A DNA stretch of 55,765 bases from a virus (taxonomy: Duplodnaviria > Caudoviricetes): the IMG/VR virus record IMGVR_UViG_3300044236_001180, positions 1-55,765 of that record, one strand, 5' to 3'. The stretch's first letter is position 1; each line of letters begins with the position of its first letter. The notes under the pieces were generated by a model. The model did no database searches. It saw only the letters and a program-made list of their open reading frames with translations, and was not told the origin of the DNA. Made by a program: the position numbers and the translations under genes. Positions 1-10,078 of the stretch are shown one piece after another.

Positions 1-126
1 GAAAAGACTTTTCTCCAAGCAGCAACAATCGGGGTTACTGTGGCACATTGGCCACAAGCAGTTGCAAAATTGCAACCCCTGCCCCCCTTGCGCGCGAAGC
101 ATACATATGCGTAGCATATGTATGCT
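1..126. repeat. Terminal direct repeat / circular overlap, left copy (identical to 55635-55760)
   Basis: gaaaagactt...tatgtatgct occurs at 1-126 and again at 55635-55760. Confidence 0.95.
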
Positions 127-164
127 GGGTTGATAATTTCGATGAGCCGTAATATCGTTCGAGC

Positions 165-1649
165 ATGTCGGGTAACTTAGACCTCCTCCCTGAAGAAGTG
201 CTAAAGGAAATGCTGCTGCTCGAAGAGCAGAGAAAGCGCCTTGAGCTTCGTGACGTGGCTCAAGAAAAATTTATGTCATACGTTCAGCACGTGTATGACG
301 GCTTCATCGTCGGGCGCCACCACAAAATCATTTCAGAGAAGCTGGAGCGCATCGCATCGGGTAACTTGAAGCGTTTGATAGTCAACATGCCTCCGCGACA
401 TTCAAAGTCAGAGTTTGCCTCCTACCTTATGCCTTCGTGGTTTCTAGGCAGAAATCCCAAGTTAAAAATCATTCAGGCTACTATGAACACCGAACTTGCT
501 GTAAGATTCGGACGCAAGGTCAGGGATCTCATTGCGGATCCGGTCTACCATGAGGTCTTCCCCGACACTGACCTTAAACAGGACAGCCAGGCTGCTGGTC
601 GGTGGGAAACCAGCGCGGGCGGGGAATATTTTGCAGCGGGGGTGGGCGCTGCAATGACCGGTCGTGGTGCGGATTTGCTGATTATTGACGATCCGCACTC
701 GGAGCAGGACGCTCTGTCGTCCACGGCCTACGACCAGACATATGAGTGGTACACATCTGGGCCGCGTCAGCGTCTTCAGCCTGGTGGTGCCATTATTATT
801 GTCCAGACACGCTGGTCCAAGAAGGATCTGACGGGCAGGTTACTGCAAGCACAGGCGGCTGACATGATGGCCGATCAGTGGGAGGTGGTAGAATTTCCTG
901 CGATTATGCCGTCGGGGGAACCACTCTGGCCTGAATTCTGGCAAAAAGACGAGCTTTTGAAGGTGAAAGCCTCGCTGTCGCTGGGCAAGTGGAATGCTCA
1001 GTGGCAACAGAATCCTGTGTCGGAAGAAACGGCGGTTATCAAGCGGGAGTGGTGGAACGAGTGGGAAGAGGACGACATTCCGCAGCTTGACTATATTATT
1101 CAGGCTTATGACACGGCATACAGTAAAAAAGAAACCGCCGACTATTCTGCCATTACAACGTGGGGTGTGTTCGAGCCACACAAAAATGGAGAGCAGCATT
1201 TAATTTTGATGGACGCCAAGCGTGGTAGGTGGAACTTTCCGGAGTTGAAGCAGATCGCGCAGGAAGAAAACGAGTATTGGGAACCTGACATGATGCTGAT
1301 CGAGGCCAAGGCGAGTGGTACACCGTTGGCTGACGAGATGAGGTTACTGAACCTTCCGGTGCTTACGTTTTCTCCGGGGCGGAAAAGGGGTGGGGGCGGT
1401 CTCGACAAGATGACTCGTATGCATATGGCCTCTCCTATATTCGAATCGGGAAAAGTCTGGTATCCTGCTGGAGAAAAGTTCGCTGAAGAGGTTATTGAAG
1501 AGGTTGCCTCTTTCCCGAATGGTGACCACGATGACTTTTGTGATAGTATGACTATGGCCCTGATGCGGTTTCGTCAGGGTGGTTTTATTACTTTACAGGG
1601 TGAAGAGCTAGAAGACATGCTCCCCGGCAGAAAACGTGAGTATTATTGA
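165..1649 (+). CDS. terL: Terminase large subunit
   Basis: MPPRHSKS Walker A-like, LLIIDDPH Walker B, nuclease DTAYS and HDDFCDS motifs. Confidence 0.95.
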   Translation: MSGNLDLLPEEVLKEMLLLEEQRKRLELRDVAQEKFMSYVQHVYDGFIVGRHHKIISEKLERIASGNLKRLIVNMPPRHSKSEFASYLMPSWFLGRNPKLKIIQATMNTELAVRFGRKVRDLIADPVYHEVFPDTDLKQDSQAAGRWETSAGGEYFAAGVGAAMTGRGADLLIIDDPHSEQDALSSTAYDQTYEWYTSGPRQRLQPGGAIIIVQTRWSKKDLTGRLLQAQAADMMADQWEVVEFPAIMPSGEPLWPEFWQKDELLKVKASLSLGKWNAQWQQNPVSEETAVIKREWWNEWEEDDIPQLDYIIQAYDTAYSKKETADYSAITTWGVFEPHKNGEQHLILMDAKRGRWNFPELKQIAQEENEYWEPDMMLIEAKASGTPLADEMRLLNLPVLTFSPGRKRGGGGLDKMTRMHMASPIFESGKVWYPAGEKFAEEVIEEVASFPNGDHDDFCDSMTMALMRFRQGGFITLQGEELEDMLPGRKREYY

Positions 1650-4543
1650 TGGAATTGCCCCAGTCCAGCCCCCGTCGCCGTCCGATGACCGTCCCTACTC
1701 CCCCGCCCGTGGGCCGGCGCGCGGGAATCATGGCCCTACCGATGCGTCGTCCGACAACACTAGAACGAAAGCGCGGGCGTCGTCTTCAATATCCTGGTGA
1801 TCCCAGGGTCCCCGATCCACGGTCCATGCGTGAGCGCATGGCGGAGGGTGCAGAGGTTCTTGAGGGTATTGGCGCTGGTGGAGTAGCCGGGATTGGTGGT
1901 CTTATTCCAGATGTTTTGGCGTTACTGGGCCGTGATGCCCCGATGCTGTTCTCTAAATATGTAATGGGTGAAGAGCTATCCGAGGACGAGAATGCGCTTT
2001 TCCGTGCGTTGACCAAGGTGCAAGACGTTGCCGGTGCTGAAGCAATTTTGCGTGGCATGGGTTACGGCGAGAAGATAGATGCGCCGAGTGACAGTCCAGA
2101 TGCGTTGTCGCAAATGGGTGTCAATCCTTTTCGGCAGGGTGCGTTTTTTGGTGAGTTTGTTGCTGATCCGTTTGCTGCGTTCAAGGGTATCAAGGCACTG
2201 AAGGCGTTGGGTCCGTCTGACGAGGCGGTTGCGGCGTATGACCGGCAGCTTGGAGGCACCGGCTCACCGGATTTTGGGGTTACTGACGCGCCCGAGGCAC
2301 CACCGGGTGGGTTTATGTCCACCGGCACAGATGGTGGACCGGACTTCGATGTTGATCAAAATCTTGCTGATTTGATGGATGCGGCAGCGGCGGACCGTGC
2401 GGAAGATGCCGGTACAGAGGTAGTGTCGGACACTCCGCAGGTTGGGTTTTCGGGAGTAGTGGACACTCCTGTAGTTGAACCGACGTTCCCGAGCATAGTG
2501 GACCGTGATTCTGTAGATGTTGATCAGGTTCCTGTTCTTCGTCCGGATCGTCAGGGGGATGTTGCGGCATACGCTCCGCTTCGGCAGCTTCTTGCGGCGT
2601 TACCGGCGCAGGGGTCACTTTCCAAGGATCAGATTTTACGATCTTTGGATCCTGCTTCAGGAAGTCAGGAGTTTCGTAATTCTGTCCAACGCGACATTCA
2701 AGGCTCACAGTTTGATGAGTGGGTGAGAAAACATGTGCCGGATGGTGAAGGCGTCACACGTGATGAGTTGTTGCTGGCATATGATGAGTTGGCACCACAG
2801 ATTCGTGTTTTAAACGTCTTGGAGTCCGATTTAGAGTTGAACCCTACGCTGTTCAATTTCAGCGAATTGCCGAACAGCGGTGCACAAGAATCCGTTGATT
2901 CGGATTTTATTGTAAGAGCCGCAAATGGGGAACAGAATCGAGGACATATTTATTTAAGCAACCCGACCAGTGCTACTGTTCCGTACAGAGATAGAGACGG
3001 AGAGTTAAAGGAATATGCTCTGACAGGCACCTCCGATGACGGCACAGGAACTCATGGAATGGGGGCACCCAAAGGGAATGCACTCGAACCATACAACAAC
3101 AGGATTTTAGGGTACTTCGGTCATTTGCGTTACGTGGAGATTGAAGATGACGCGGGGCGTAGAATTATGCTGCTCCAAGAGGTTCAAAGTAACCATACCG
3201 TCACACAGGCTTCGGGAAGCGATGTGAACTTTTTAACGCCTAGCGAGAAACAGAACGTAAGGTATCTCGCCGAAAACCCCGGTGTTCAAGATCAACTTAC
3301 GCTGTCCAACACACTAGACGATGCGGTTCAGGATTTTGATAGTGAGGTTGGGACGAGGTTACTTTCATCAAATGATTTGGAACTGAACTATGGCGTGATG
3401 TCCAGAATAGTGGCAGATGCCTTGTTAGACACCTACGATGACACAACTTTGTTAAGAGCCTTTAACCACAGAACAAGGCGTCTTTTTGGTGCTACCAGCG
3501 AAGGTGGAGGTGCCCGACAGAACCTGATAAAAGATGCGCTGGTTCAACTACCCCCCGGACCAGCGGCAGAATTTAACCGAGTTTTCCTAGATCGCATGAG
3601 TGATTTTGAAAACATTGACGGGGATCTTCTCAACCCGGGCGAGATTCTCAGCAATAGGCTGTTGAGTCCAGGTAGTGATGTAAATAGTCCCACACAGATG
3701 AATAACAGGGCTGACTATGCAAGCGGCGTTTTCAGAAGACTGAAAAGAAGGATGGATAGAGACGGGGTTACGCCGCACGAATATTTTGTCAACAACCCCG
3801 GTGAGTTGAGTCTTTATATGAGCGCAGATAGTCATCTTTTTGGTGACCTTGGTCGATTTGAAACTAATGACGCTTTTCGAGCAAGTCCTCGCACGACTAT
3901 GTCAGCGTACGCGGCGGAGGTTGATGATTATATAACTGGTATTGTAATGGACAGAGCAAAGACTCGACTTGAGAGCGATGAACCATTTGCGGGATTAAAT
4001 TTAAGTTCAGAGCGTGTGGAAGAACTAAAGAAAACCGCCGAGGTTCTTAACAGAACAATAGGCGGAAGCAGCTTCGGCGGCACAGGCGAGTTTCGTACGA
4101 TGTCGCCGTTTGCTCAAACACGTCACTTTGAGGAGTTTGCACCGAAATTGTTGCTGCAAGAAGCGCGCAAGGCGGGTTTTGATGGTGTTATATTCCCCAA
4201 CTACCAAGACATGAAAGATGTGGGTGGAAGACCGTCTGGACCCACAGTGAAAAATATTTACGAAAAGGGCGTTAAAAAGGGTCTAAATCAGCTAGGCGTT
4301 ACTGTAACAAATCTAGACACGGTTAGGGCGAAGAACTTTTCCACCAACACGGTTGAAGTCTTACCGCACAAGCGGACCGGGGATCCGCATCGAGGAGCCA
4401 AGGCTGTGTATTTCGAAGGAGAAAACGAGAATATTGTTTCTCCGTCAAAGATCATCCGCCGAGCGAAGGGTGGCCCCGTAGACTTACGACCTAAAAAGCT
4501 GATACACTCTGGCATCGGCGCTATGGCAAGACAGGTGATGTAA
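1646..4543 (+). CDS. Large hypothetical protein (965 aa), possibly polyvalent/virion-packaged
   Basis: Long ORF coupled to terL; GHLRY...LLQEVQS and GFDGVIF motifs; C-terminal AKGGPV. Confidence 0.75.
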   Translation: MMELPQSSPRRRPMTVPTPPPVGRRAGIMALPMRRPTTLERKRGRRLQYPGDPRVPDPRSMRERMAEGAEVLEGIGAGGVAGIGGLIPDVLALLGRDAPMLFSKYVMGEELSEDENALFRALTKVQDVAGAEAILRGMGYGEKIDAPSDSPDALSQMGVNPFRQGAFFGEFVADPFAAFKGIKALKALGPSDEAVAAYDRQLGGTGSPDFGVTDAPEAPPGGFMSTGTDGGPDFDVDQNLADLMDAAAADRAEDAGTEVVSDTPQVGFSGVVDTPVVEPTFPSIVDRDSVDVDQVPVLRPDRQGDVAAYAPLRQLLAALPAQGSLSKDQILRSLDPASGSQEFRNSVQRDIQGSQFDEWVRKHVPDGEGVTRDELLLAYDELAPQIRVLNVLESDLELNPTLFNFSELPNSGAQESVDSDFIVRAANGEQNRGHIYLSNPTSATVPYRDRDGELKEYALTGTSDDGTGTHGMGAPKGNALEPYNNRILGYFGHLRYVEIEDDAGRRIMLLQEVQSNHTVTQASGSDVNFLTPSEKQNVRYLAENPGVQDQLTLSNTLDDAVQDFDSEVGTRLLSSNDLELNYGVMSRIVADALLDTYDDTTLLRAFNHRTRRLFGATSEGGGARQNLIKDALVQLPPGPAAEFNRVFLDRMSDFENIDGDLLNPGEILSNRLLSPGSDVNSPTQMNNRADYASGVFRRLKRRMDRDGVTPHEYFVNNPGELSLYMSADSHLFGDLGRFETNDAFRASPRTTMSAYAAEVDDYITGIVMDRAKTRLESDEPFAGLNLSSERVEELKKTAEVLNRTIGGSSFGGTGEFRTMSPFAQTRHFEEFAPKLLLQEARKAGFDGVIFPNYQDMKDVGGRPSGPTVKNIYEKGVKKGLNQLGVTVTNLDTVRAKNFSTNTVEVLPHKRTGDPHRGAKAVYFEGENENIVSPSKIIRRAKGGPVDLRPKKLIHSGIGAMARQVM

Positions 4544-5043
4544 TGGCACAAGGACGAAGGAAAAAAGGATCGGGAGTCAATTACAGCGGCTCCATCGGAG
4601 GCAGCCCCGGACCGCGTTCCGTTGGCGAAGTGAGACCGATGACCACTACGGCAGGTGCTTCTCCAGCGGAACTTAGAGGTGGTGTAGGCAAACGGCGTCG
4701 TCCACCGCCACGGACTATTGACAGTATTGCTGGTGCTAACGATCCAGAGAGTTTTTCCGAGAAATACAATGAAAGAAGGGAAAAACAGCGCAAGTCCGAT
4801 CTGAAAAGAGTCAGAGAAATCAAACGTCGTCAAAAAGCGCAGACGCAGATTGACAAGGGTAAACAGGGCAAGACCGGAAGAGGCGTTGCCGGCAGGGCGG
4901 CGTCGGTAGGCATGGGTCCGGCACAGATCACCACAGGCGGTGGTTTAGGCATGTTGACACAACAGGATCGAAGCAAGCCGAAGAAGATGAACATGGGCGG
5001 CGTCATGAGATCACGCGGCGGCACGTTCAAGGGAGTATTCTAG
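4543..5043 (+). CDS. Basic hypothetical protein ending FKGVF
   Basis: Stop/start overlap with upstream gene; K/R/G-rich. Confidence 0.7.
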   Translation: MAQGRRKKGSGVNYSGSIGGSPGPRSVGEVRPMTTTAGASPAELRGGVGKRRRPPPRTIDSIAGANDPESFSEKYNERREKQRKSDLKRVREIKRRQKAQTQIDKGKQGKTGRGVAGRAASVGMGPAQITTGGGLGMLTQQDRSKPKKMNMGGVMRSRGGTFKGVF

Positions 5044-5261
5044 TGGGCAGGATGAAAGACAAGGCCATCAAGGAAGAAGAAGAGATGATGGCGAAACTTC
5101 GCAAGCGTTTTTATGATCCGGGTCCGGGGCAAACTGATTACTCGGCACAAATGTCGTTCGATGAGTATGTTAAGCGCATTGGTCCCGGCAAGGCTGCTGG
5201 TGGCATGGTCAAGGGTTTTAGCCCGATTGCTCGTCCGCAACGATTCAAAGGCGTATTTTAA
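5043..5261 (+). CDS. Small hypothetical protein ending FKGVF
   Basis: GTG start overlapping upstream stop, gggag RBS; C-terminus shared with upstream ORF. Confidence 0.7.
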   Translation: MGRMKDKAIKEEEEMMAKLRKRFYDPGPGQTDYSAQMSFDEYVKRIGPGKAAGGMVKGFSPIARPQRFKGVF

Positions 5262-7645
5262 TGGCACTTCCTCCGCAGATGGTTGACATGGCGATGGGCG
5301 CTGGTGGTCCGGCGACCGAGATGCCTGAAGAGTTGATGATCGAACTTCCCGAGGAGAACATGCTCCCCGACGGCATTGAGCTTGCCGGCATGGAAGAGAT
5401 GGTCGAGGTTCAGGCCGAGATGTACGACCACAATGCAAACCTTGCGGAGATTCTTGACGACTCTGTTCTTGGCACGTTGTCTTCCGAGCTTCGTGACAAG
5501 GTTGACGACGACAAGGAGTCTCGGGAGGATTGGGAAGAGGCGATTGCCAAGGGCTTGAAGCTGCTTGGTGTGAATTATGAGGAGCGCAACGAGCCGTTTC
5601 TTGGCGCGAGTGGTGTGCATCATCCACTGCTGAGTGAGGCTGTCACGCAGTTTCAGGCGCAGGCATACAAAGAGATGTTGCCTGCTGGTGGTCCTGTGAA
5701 GACGCAGATTATCGGCGCGGCAAATCAGGTGCTTGAAGATCAGGCGCAGCGCGTCAAGGATTTCATGAACTACCAGATTACGGAGATCATGGAGGAGTAT
5801 GACCCGGACACGGATCAGATGTTGTTCTATCTGCCGCTGACGGGTTCAACATTCAAGAAGGTCTACTTCGACGCCGGCAAGCAGCGGGCTATTTCGAAGT
5901 TTGTCCCGGCAGAGGATCTGATTGTTCCGTACTCGGCGAGTGACTTGAACACTGCCGAGCGTGTCACACATGTAGTACGGGTGACCGAGAACGAGCTTCG
6001 CAAGCTACAGGTCGCTGGCGTGTATCGGGACATTGAGCTTCAGGCAGGAGATGAAGACGATGATAGCTCGATTAGGCAAACTGGCAATGAGTTGCAGGGT
6101 GTCCGTCCATCATATGGTGACGATGTTCACACACTACTTGAAATCCACACAGAGATCGATCTCGAGGGCTTTGAGGATGTTGGACCCGATGGTGAGCCTA
6201 CGGGCGTTAAACTACCTTACATTGTCACTGTGGATGAAGATTCAGGACAGGTTCTCTCGGTGGTGCGAAACTATCGGCAGGCGGATCCCCTTCGAAGAAA
6301 GCGACAATTTTTTACTCATTACAAGTTTCTTCCTGGGTTTGGTTTTTATGGCTTTGGCCTGCTTCATACTATAGGTGGACTGTCTCGTGCTGCGACTTCT
6401 ATCCTTCGTCAGCTTATCGATGCGGGCACTCTTTCAAACCTGCCTGCTGGTTTTAAGGCTCGTGGTGTTCGTATTCGCAACGACGATGAGCCGCTTGCTC
6501 CTGGCGAGTTCCGTGATATTGATGCTCCCGGTGGTGATCTTCGGAATGCTCTTATGCCCCTTCCATACAAGGAACCTTCTGGGACACTTGCTCAACTACT
6601 GGGCGTTATCGTCGATTCAGGACGCCGATTCGCTCAAGTCGCAGATGCAAAAATCGCCGACGCAAACTCACAGGCTCCCGTCGGAACCACAGTTGCACTA
6701 ATCGAGCAGGGATCGAAGATCATCTCTTCGATTCACAAGCGTCTGCACTATGGTCAGAAGCAGGAGTTCCGTCTTCTCGCCGAAGTGTTTGCCGACAATC
6801 CAATGCCGTATCCGTACTTCGTTGGGCAGAACATCCCGCCGGAGATCATGCAGCAGGACTTCGATGGTCGTGTGGACATCCTGCCTGTCTCAGATCCGTC
6901 GATCTTCTCGATGTCGCAGCGCCTGTCGTTGGCTCAGACGCAGATGCAGTTAGCATCGCAGGCTCCACAGCTTCACAATCAGTACGAAGCCTATCGGCGT
7001 ATGTACGATGCACTGGATGTGAAAAATATCGACGCTATCTTGCCGCCTCCGCAACCGCCGCAGCCTATTGATCCGGCGACGGAGAATGCAAACGCTGTGA
7101 AGGGCATGCCGCTTCAGGCGTTCCCGGATCAGGACCACGAAGCGCATATCATGACACATGCTATGTTCTTGTCTTCGCAGGTTGGTGCCGCTAACCCGCA
7201 GGCGTTCATGTTGTTGCTGTCACACGTTCAGGAGCACATTGGTATGTTGGCACGTGATCAGGTCATGGCGTTCTTCCAAGAAGCTGCCAAGCAGGCTATG
7301 GCCGCAGGTGAGTCGGTGCCGCAGATTGCACCGGATCTTGTTGAGTCTACTGTGGCACAGCAAACTAGCCAGATTATGCGCGAGATCATGCCGATTCTCC
7401 AGCCGGCACAGCAGCAGGATCCGCTGGTGGCTATTCGCCAGCAGGAACTGGAAAACTCTCAGATGGAAGTTCAGCGCAAGATGATGAACGACCAGATGAA
7501 CTTTCAGGTCGATCAGGCCAAGTTGCAGCAGGCATATGAGTTGGCCCAGCAGCGTCAGGCTCTACAGTCGGACATTGCTGAAGCACGGAACGATGTCAAC
7601 GTATACCGCATTAACACGCAAGCTGCATTGTCGAGGAACAAATGA
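5261..7645 (+). CDS. Portal protein
   Basis: 794 aa after TerL; HPLLSEAVTQFQA, GSTFKKVY, FYGFGL motifs and Q-rich C-terminal coiled coil typical of P22-like portals. Confidence 0.88.
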   Translation: MALPPQMVDMAMGAGGPATEMPEELMIELPEENMLPDGIELAGMEEMVEVQAEMYDHNANLAEILDDSVLGTLSSELRDKVDDDKESREDWEEAIAKGLKLLGVNYEERNEPFLGASGVHHPLLSEAVTQFQAQAYKEMLPAGGPVKTQIIGAANQVLEDQAQRVKDFMNYQITEIMEEYDPDTDQMLFYLPLTGSTFKKVYFDAGKQRAISKFVPAEDLIVPYSASDLNTAERVTHVVRVTENELRKLQVAGVYRDIELQAGDEDDDSSIRQTGNELQGVRPSYGDDVHTLLEIHTEIDLEGFEDVGPDGEPTGVKLPYIVTVDEDSGQVLSVVRNYRQADPLRRKRQFFTHYKFLPGFGFYGFGLLHTIGGLSRAATSILRQLIDAGTLSNLPAGFKARGVRIRNDDEPLAPGEFRDIDAPGGDLRNALMPLPYKEPSGTLAQLLGVIVDSGRRFAQVADAKIADANSQAPVGTTVALIEQGSKIISSIHKRLHYGQKQEFRLLAEVFADNPMPYPYFVGQNIPPEIMQQDFDGRVDILPVSDPSIFSMSQRLSLAQTQMQLASQAPQLHNQYEAYRRMYDALDVKNIDAILPPPQPPQPIDPATENANAVKGMPLQAFPDQDHEAHIMTHAMFLSSQVGAANPQAFMLLLSHVQEHIGMLARDQVMAFFQEAAKQAMAAGESVPQIAPDLVESTVAQQTSQIMREIMPILQPAQQQDPLVAIRQQELENSQMEVQRKMMNDQMNFQVDQAKLQQAYELAQQRQALQSDIAEARNDVNVYRINTQAALSRNK

Positions 7646-8025
7646 TCCAAGCACTGATTGGACCGATTGCCTCTCTGGCTGGTACATGGCTGGAAGGTAA
7701 GGTTGAGAAGACCAAGGCTGAGACTGGCGCGAAGGTAGCTAGGGCCAAGGCCGAGGCTACGATCATGGAGAAGAAGGCTACGGGCGAGATCGACTGGGAT
7801 CTTGAAATGGCTCGTGGCAGTCAGTCATCGTGGAAGGATGAGTGGCTGACGATTTTGTTTTCCATTCCGCTGGTGCTGGCTTTTGTGCCGGGTATGGAGG
7901 AGATTGTTGCCAATGGATTTGCACAGCTTGAGGCGATGCCACAGTGGTATCAATATTCCCTTGGCGTTATTGTTGCTGCTTCTTTTGGCGTACGTTCAGC
8001 TACCAAATTTTTTGGTAAAAAGTGA
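7642..8025 (+). CDS. Holin-like membrane protein (3TM holin-like)
   Basis: N-terminal hydrophobic helix, SWKDEW followed by two TM segments, basic C-terminus. Confidence 0.55.
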   Translation: MIQALIGPIASLAGTWLEGKVEKTKAETGAKVARAKAEATIMEKKATGEIDWDLEMARGSQSSWKDEWLTILFSIPLVLAFVPGMEEIVANGFAQLEAMPQWYQYSLGVIVAASFGVRSATKFFGKK

Positions 8026-8082
8026 TGACCCGCATGTGGCGAATGGGCGAGAGAACCACGGAAGAGCAAGCGAGGATTAATC

Positions 8083-8292
8083 GTGGCCGAAATAACTATG
8101 GAAAGATTCCTGCGGTGGAAGATACTGCCGCGCCTGATGATGATAATGATGTCGATCTCGGCGTGGAGAGTGGTGGAATGGTTCATGACTCTGCCAGATC
8201 CGACGCCAGCGCAAGCGGGTCTAGTGAGTGTAGTCACGGGGGCCATGACCGGTGCATTTGCGGTATGGCTGGGGCACGAGAAGGAGAAGTAA
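8083..8292 (+). CDS. Small two-TM membrane protein
   Basis: gagga RBS + GTG; two hydrophobic stretches. Confidence 0.65.
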   Translation: MAEITMERFLRWKILPRLMMIMMSISAWRVVEWFMTLPDPTPAQAGLVSVVTGAMTGAFAVWLGHEKEK

Positions 8293-8760
8293 GTGGCACG
8301 ACCACGGATTAGGCAGTTTGCTGACGACTTGGGAATAAGTTATGATGAGGCCAAGAATCTCATCGAAAAGGGCCGTAGTCGCAGAGATGGCGGCGCACAG
8401 GTATTGGAGAGACACATGCGTAACGCACCGACCGCGCCTAAGAAAACCAAAAAGAAAATGAATCGCAGCCCCGGCAAGGGAGTCACTGCTCGTCGAGAAA
8501 AAGAAAAGCTGACTCGTATTCCGGGTACTCCGTACATGGCCGACTCTGAGCAGATGGAGATTCTTCGTCGTCAGTCTCCGACTAAAAAAGCTATGGGTGG
8601 CTCACAGGTTGGTGGCATGACGGTCGAGCAGGTGATGCAGACTATTGAAGATGACACCAAGCTCGGGACCAAAGAGTTTCCGTTGAACCGCGAGGAGCAG
8701 TCGCAGTCGCGTGGCGGCGGCAAGGCCATTCAAGGCACCAAGTTCACTGGGGTTAAGTAA
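8293..8760 (+). CDS. Basic hypothetical protein
   Basis: Abuts upstream stop; KAMGG and SRGGG motifs, ends FTGVK. Confidence 0.7.
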   Translation: MARPRIRQFADDLGISYDEAKNLIEKGRSRRDGGAQVLERHMRNAPTAPKKTKKKMNRSPGKGVTARREKEKLTRIPGTPYMADSEQMEILRRQSPTKKAMGGSQVGGMTVEQVMQTIEDDTKLGTKEFPLNREEQSQSRGGGKAIQGTKFTGVK

Positions 8761-10077
8761 ATGGCGACGTTTCGCACTGATCCAAATACCGGTCGCGCTG
8801 TAATTAGCGAAGAAAACCGAGTAGATCGTTCTGGGTTAAGTGGTAGGCGTGGAAGCACTGTTCAAAGCAGAACTAGCGGCGGACCAAATCAATCTGACGG
8901 TCCAACAGGTGGATTTGGTCCGCCCGTTGGATTTGATTTTGGCACTGGAACCGCCGCAGGCACTCTTAGCCCGCAAGAGTTTATGAATGTTACTGGGCGT
9001 ACGGCGACAAATCCTTATGGTAAACAAGGATTTTTTAGCCGCGTCTTTGGCATTGATCCCAGTAAAATAGATTACACGAACAATTTTGGTCGAAATCGCG
9101 GAGAGTCGCAGGGAATTATGGCGACTCTGAACAACAGAGCATACAACGCATACTTGAATCCTGTTGATCTTTCTACGGGATTCGTAAACCCAATGCTCGA
9201 TGAGGGATCACTGACTAGGTTTGGTCGAGTAGAACGTGATCCTAATCTCAAGCAGGGTATCGGTGGTTTTGGGTTGCCAGCAGTAATATCAAATCTATTT
9301 GATCGCAGTGATCTCGTAGTTCCGGGGCAACCCGCTAGTGATGCGCGGCGGCAGGACATTGGAATCTTCGATTTTGAAATACCGAGAAACATGGATGAGT
9401 TGGTTTCTTCGGCGCTTGGAGAACAGGCACCTAGAAGTGTTGATGGATTGACTGATCTTGAAGCTTTCGAGCCGTTTACTACTGATCTCGACGTTCGTAA
9501 TCCAGAAAGTTATTTCGCCAATATAAACACTCGTCCGCAGGAAACACCTGTAACACCCGGTTTTACTAGGCCAGACGACGTAACGGTGGCCGATGTTCTT
9601 GCTGCTGCACCAAGGGTAACGTCTGAATACGAAGAAATGGTTGGAGCCACTCCCGAAGAGTCAGGAACGTATATCGTAGGCAGTCAAATCGCTCCTACAA
9701 GCACCAGTCGAATGGTATACACCATAGAGGGGACCACTCCCGCAGAGCAGGCTTACTTACGTGAAATTAGAGACGATGATTTGATGTATGACTATGATAG
9801 ATCAATTCCAACTGGCTCTACAGTGTTGCAAAACATACCCGGCGGCGATCCTGGCTCTGCGTCAATCACCGTTAACCCACAATCAGAATCACCAACATAC
9901 ACCGCGCCTGATGAGCCGGTTGATCTTTTGCAAGACATTTTAGCGCCTGATGGCAGCATTCTGCCGGGGGTGACGGATGTTATTGCTCCGCCGCAAACTC
10001 AGCGCAGCGGGGGTCGAGACATTATTCTTGTCATGCCCGATGGACGGGTTGTTGATTCGAGAAACATAGGTCGGTGA
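8761..10077 (+). CDS. Hypothetical protein (438 aa, acidic/Pro-rich)
   Basis: Long ORF in operon, no recognised motif. Confidence 0.7.
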   Translation: MATFRTDPNTGRAVISEENRVDRSGLSGRRGSTVQSRTSGGPNQSDGPTGGFGPPVGFDFGTGTAAGTLSPQEFMNVTGRTATNPYGKQGFFSRVFGIDPSKIDYTNNFGRNRGESQGIMATLNNRAYNAYLNPVDLSTGFVNPMLDEGSLTRFGRVERDPNLKQGIGGFGLPAVISNLFDRSDLVVPGQPASDARRQDIGIFDFEIPRNMDELVSSALGEQAPRSVDGLTDLEAFEPFTTDLDVRNPESYFANINTRPQETPVTPGFTRPDDVTVADVLAAAPRVTSEYEEMVGATPEESGTYIVGSQIAPTSTSRMVYTIEGTTPAEQAYLREIRDDDLMYDYDRSIPTGSTVLQNIPGGDPGSASITVNPQSESPTYTAPDEPVDLLQDILAPDGSILPGVTDVIAPPQTQRSGGRDIILVMPDGRVVDSRNIGR

Positions 10078-10078
10078 C

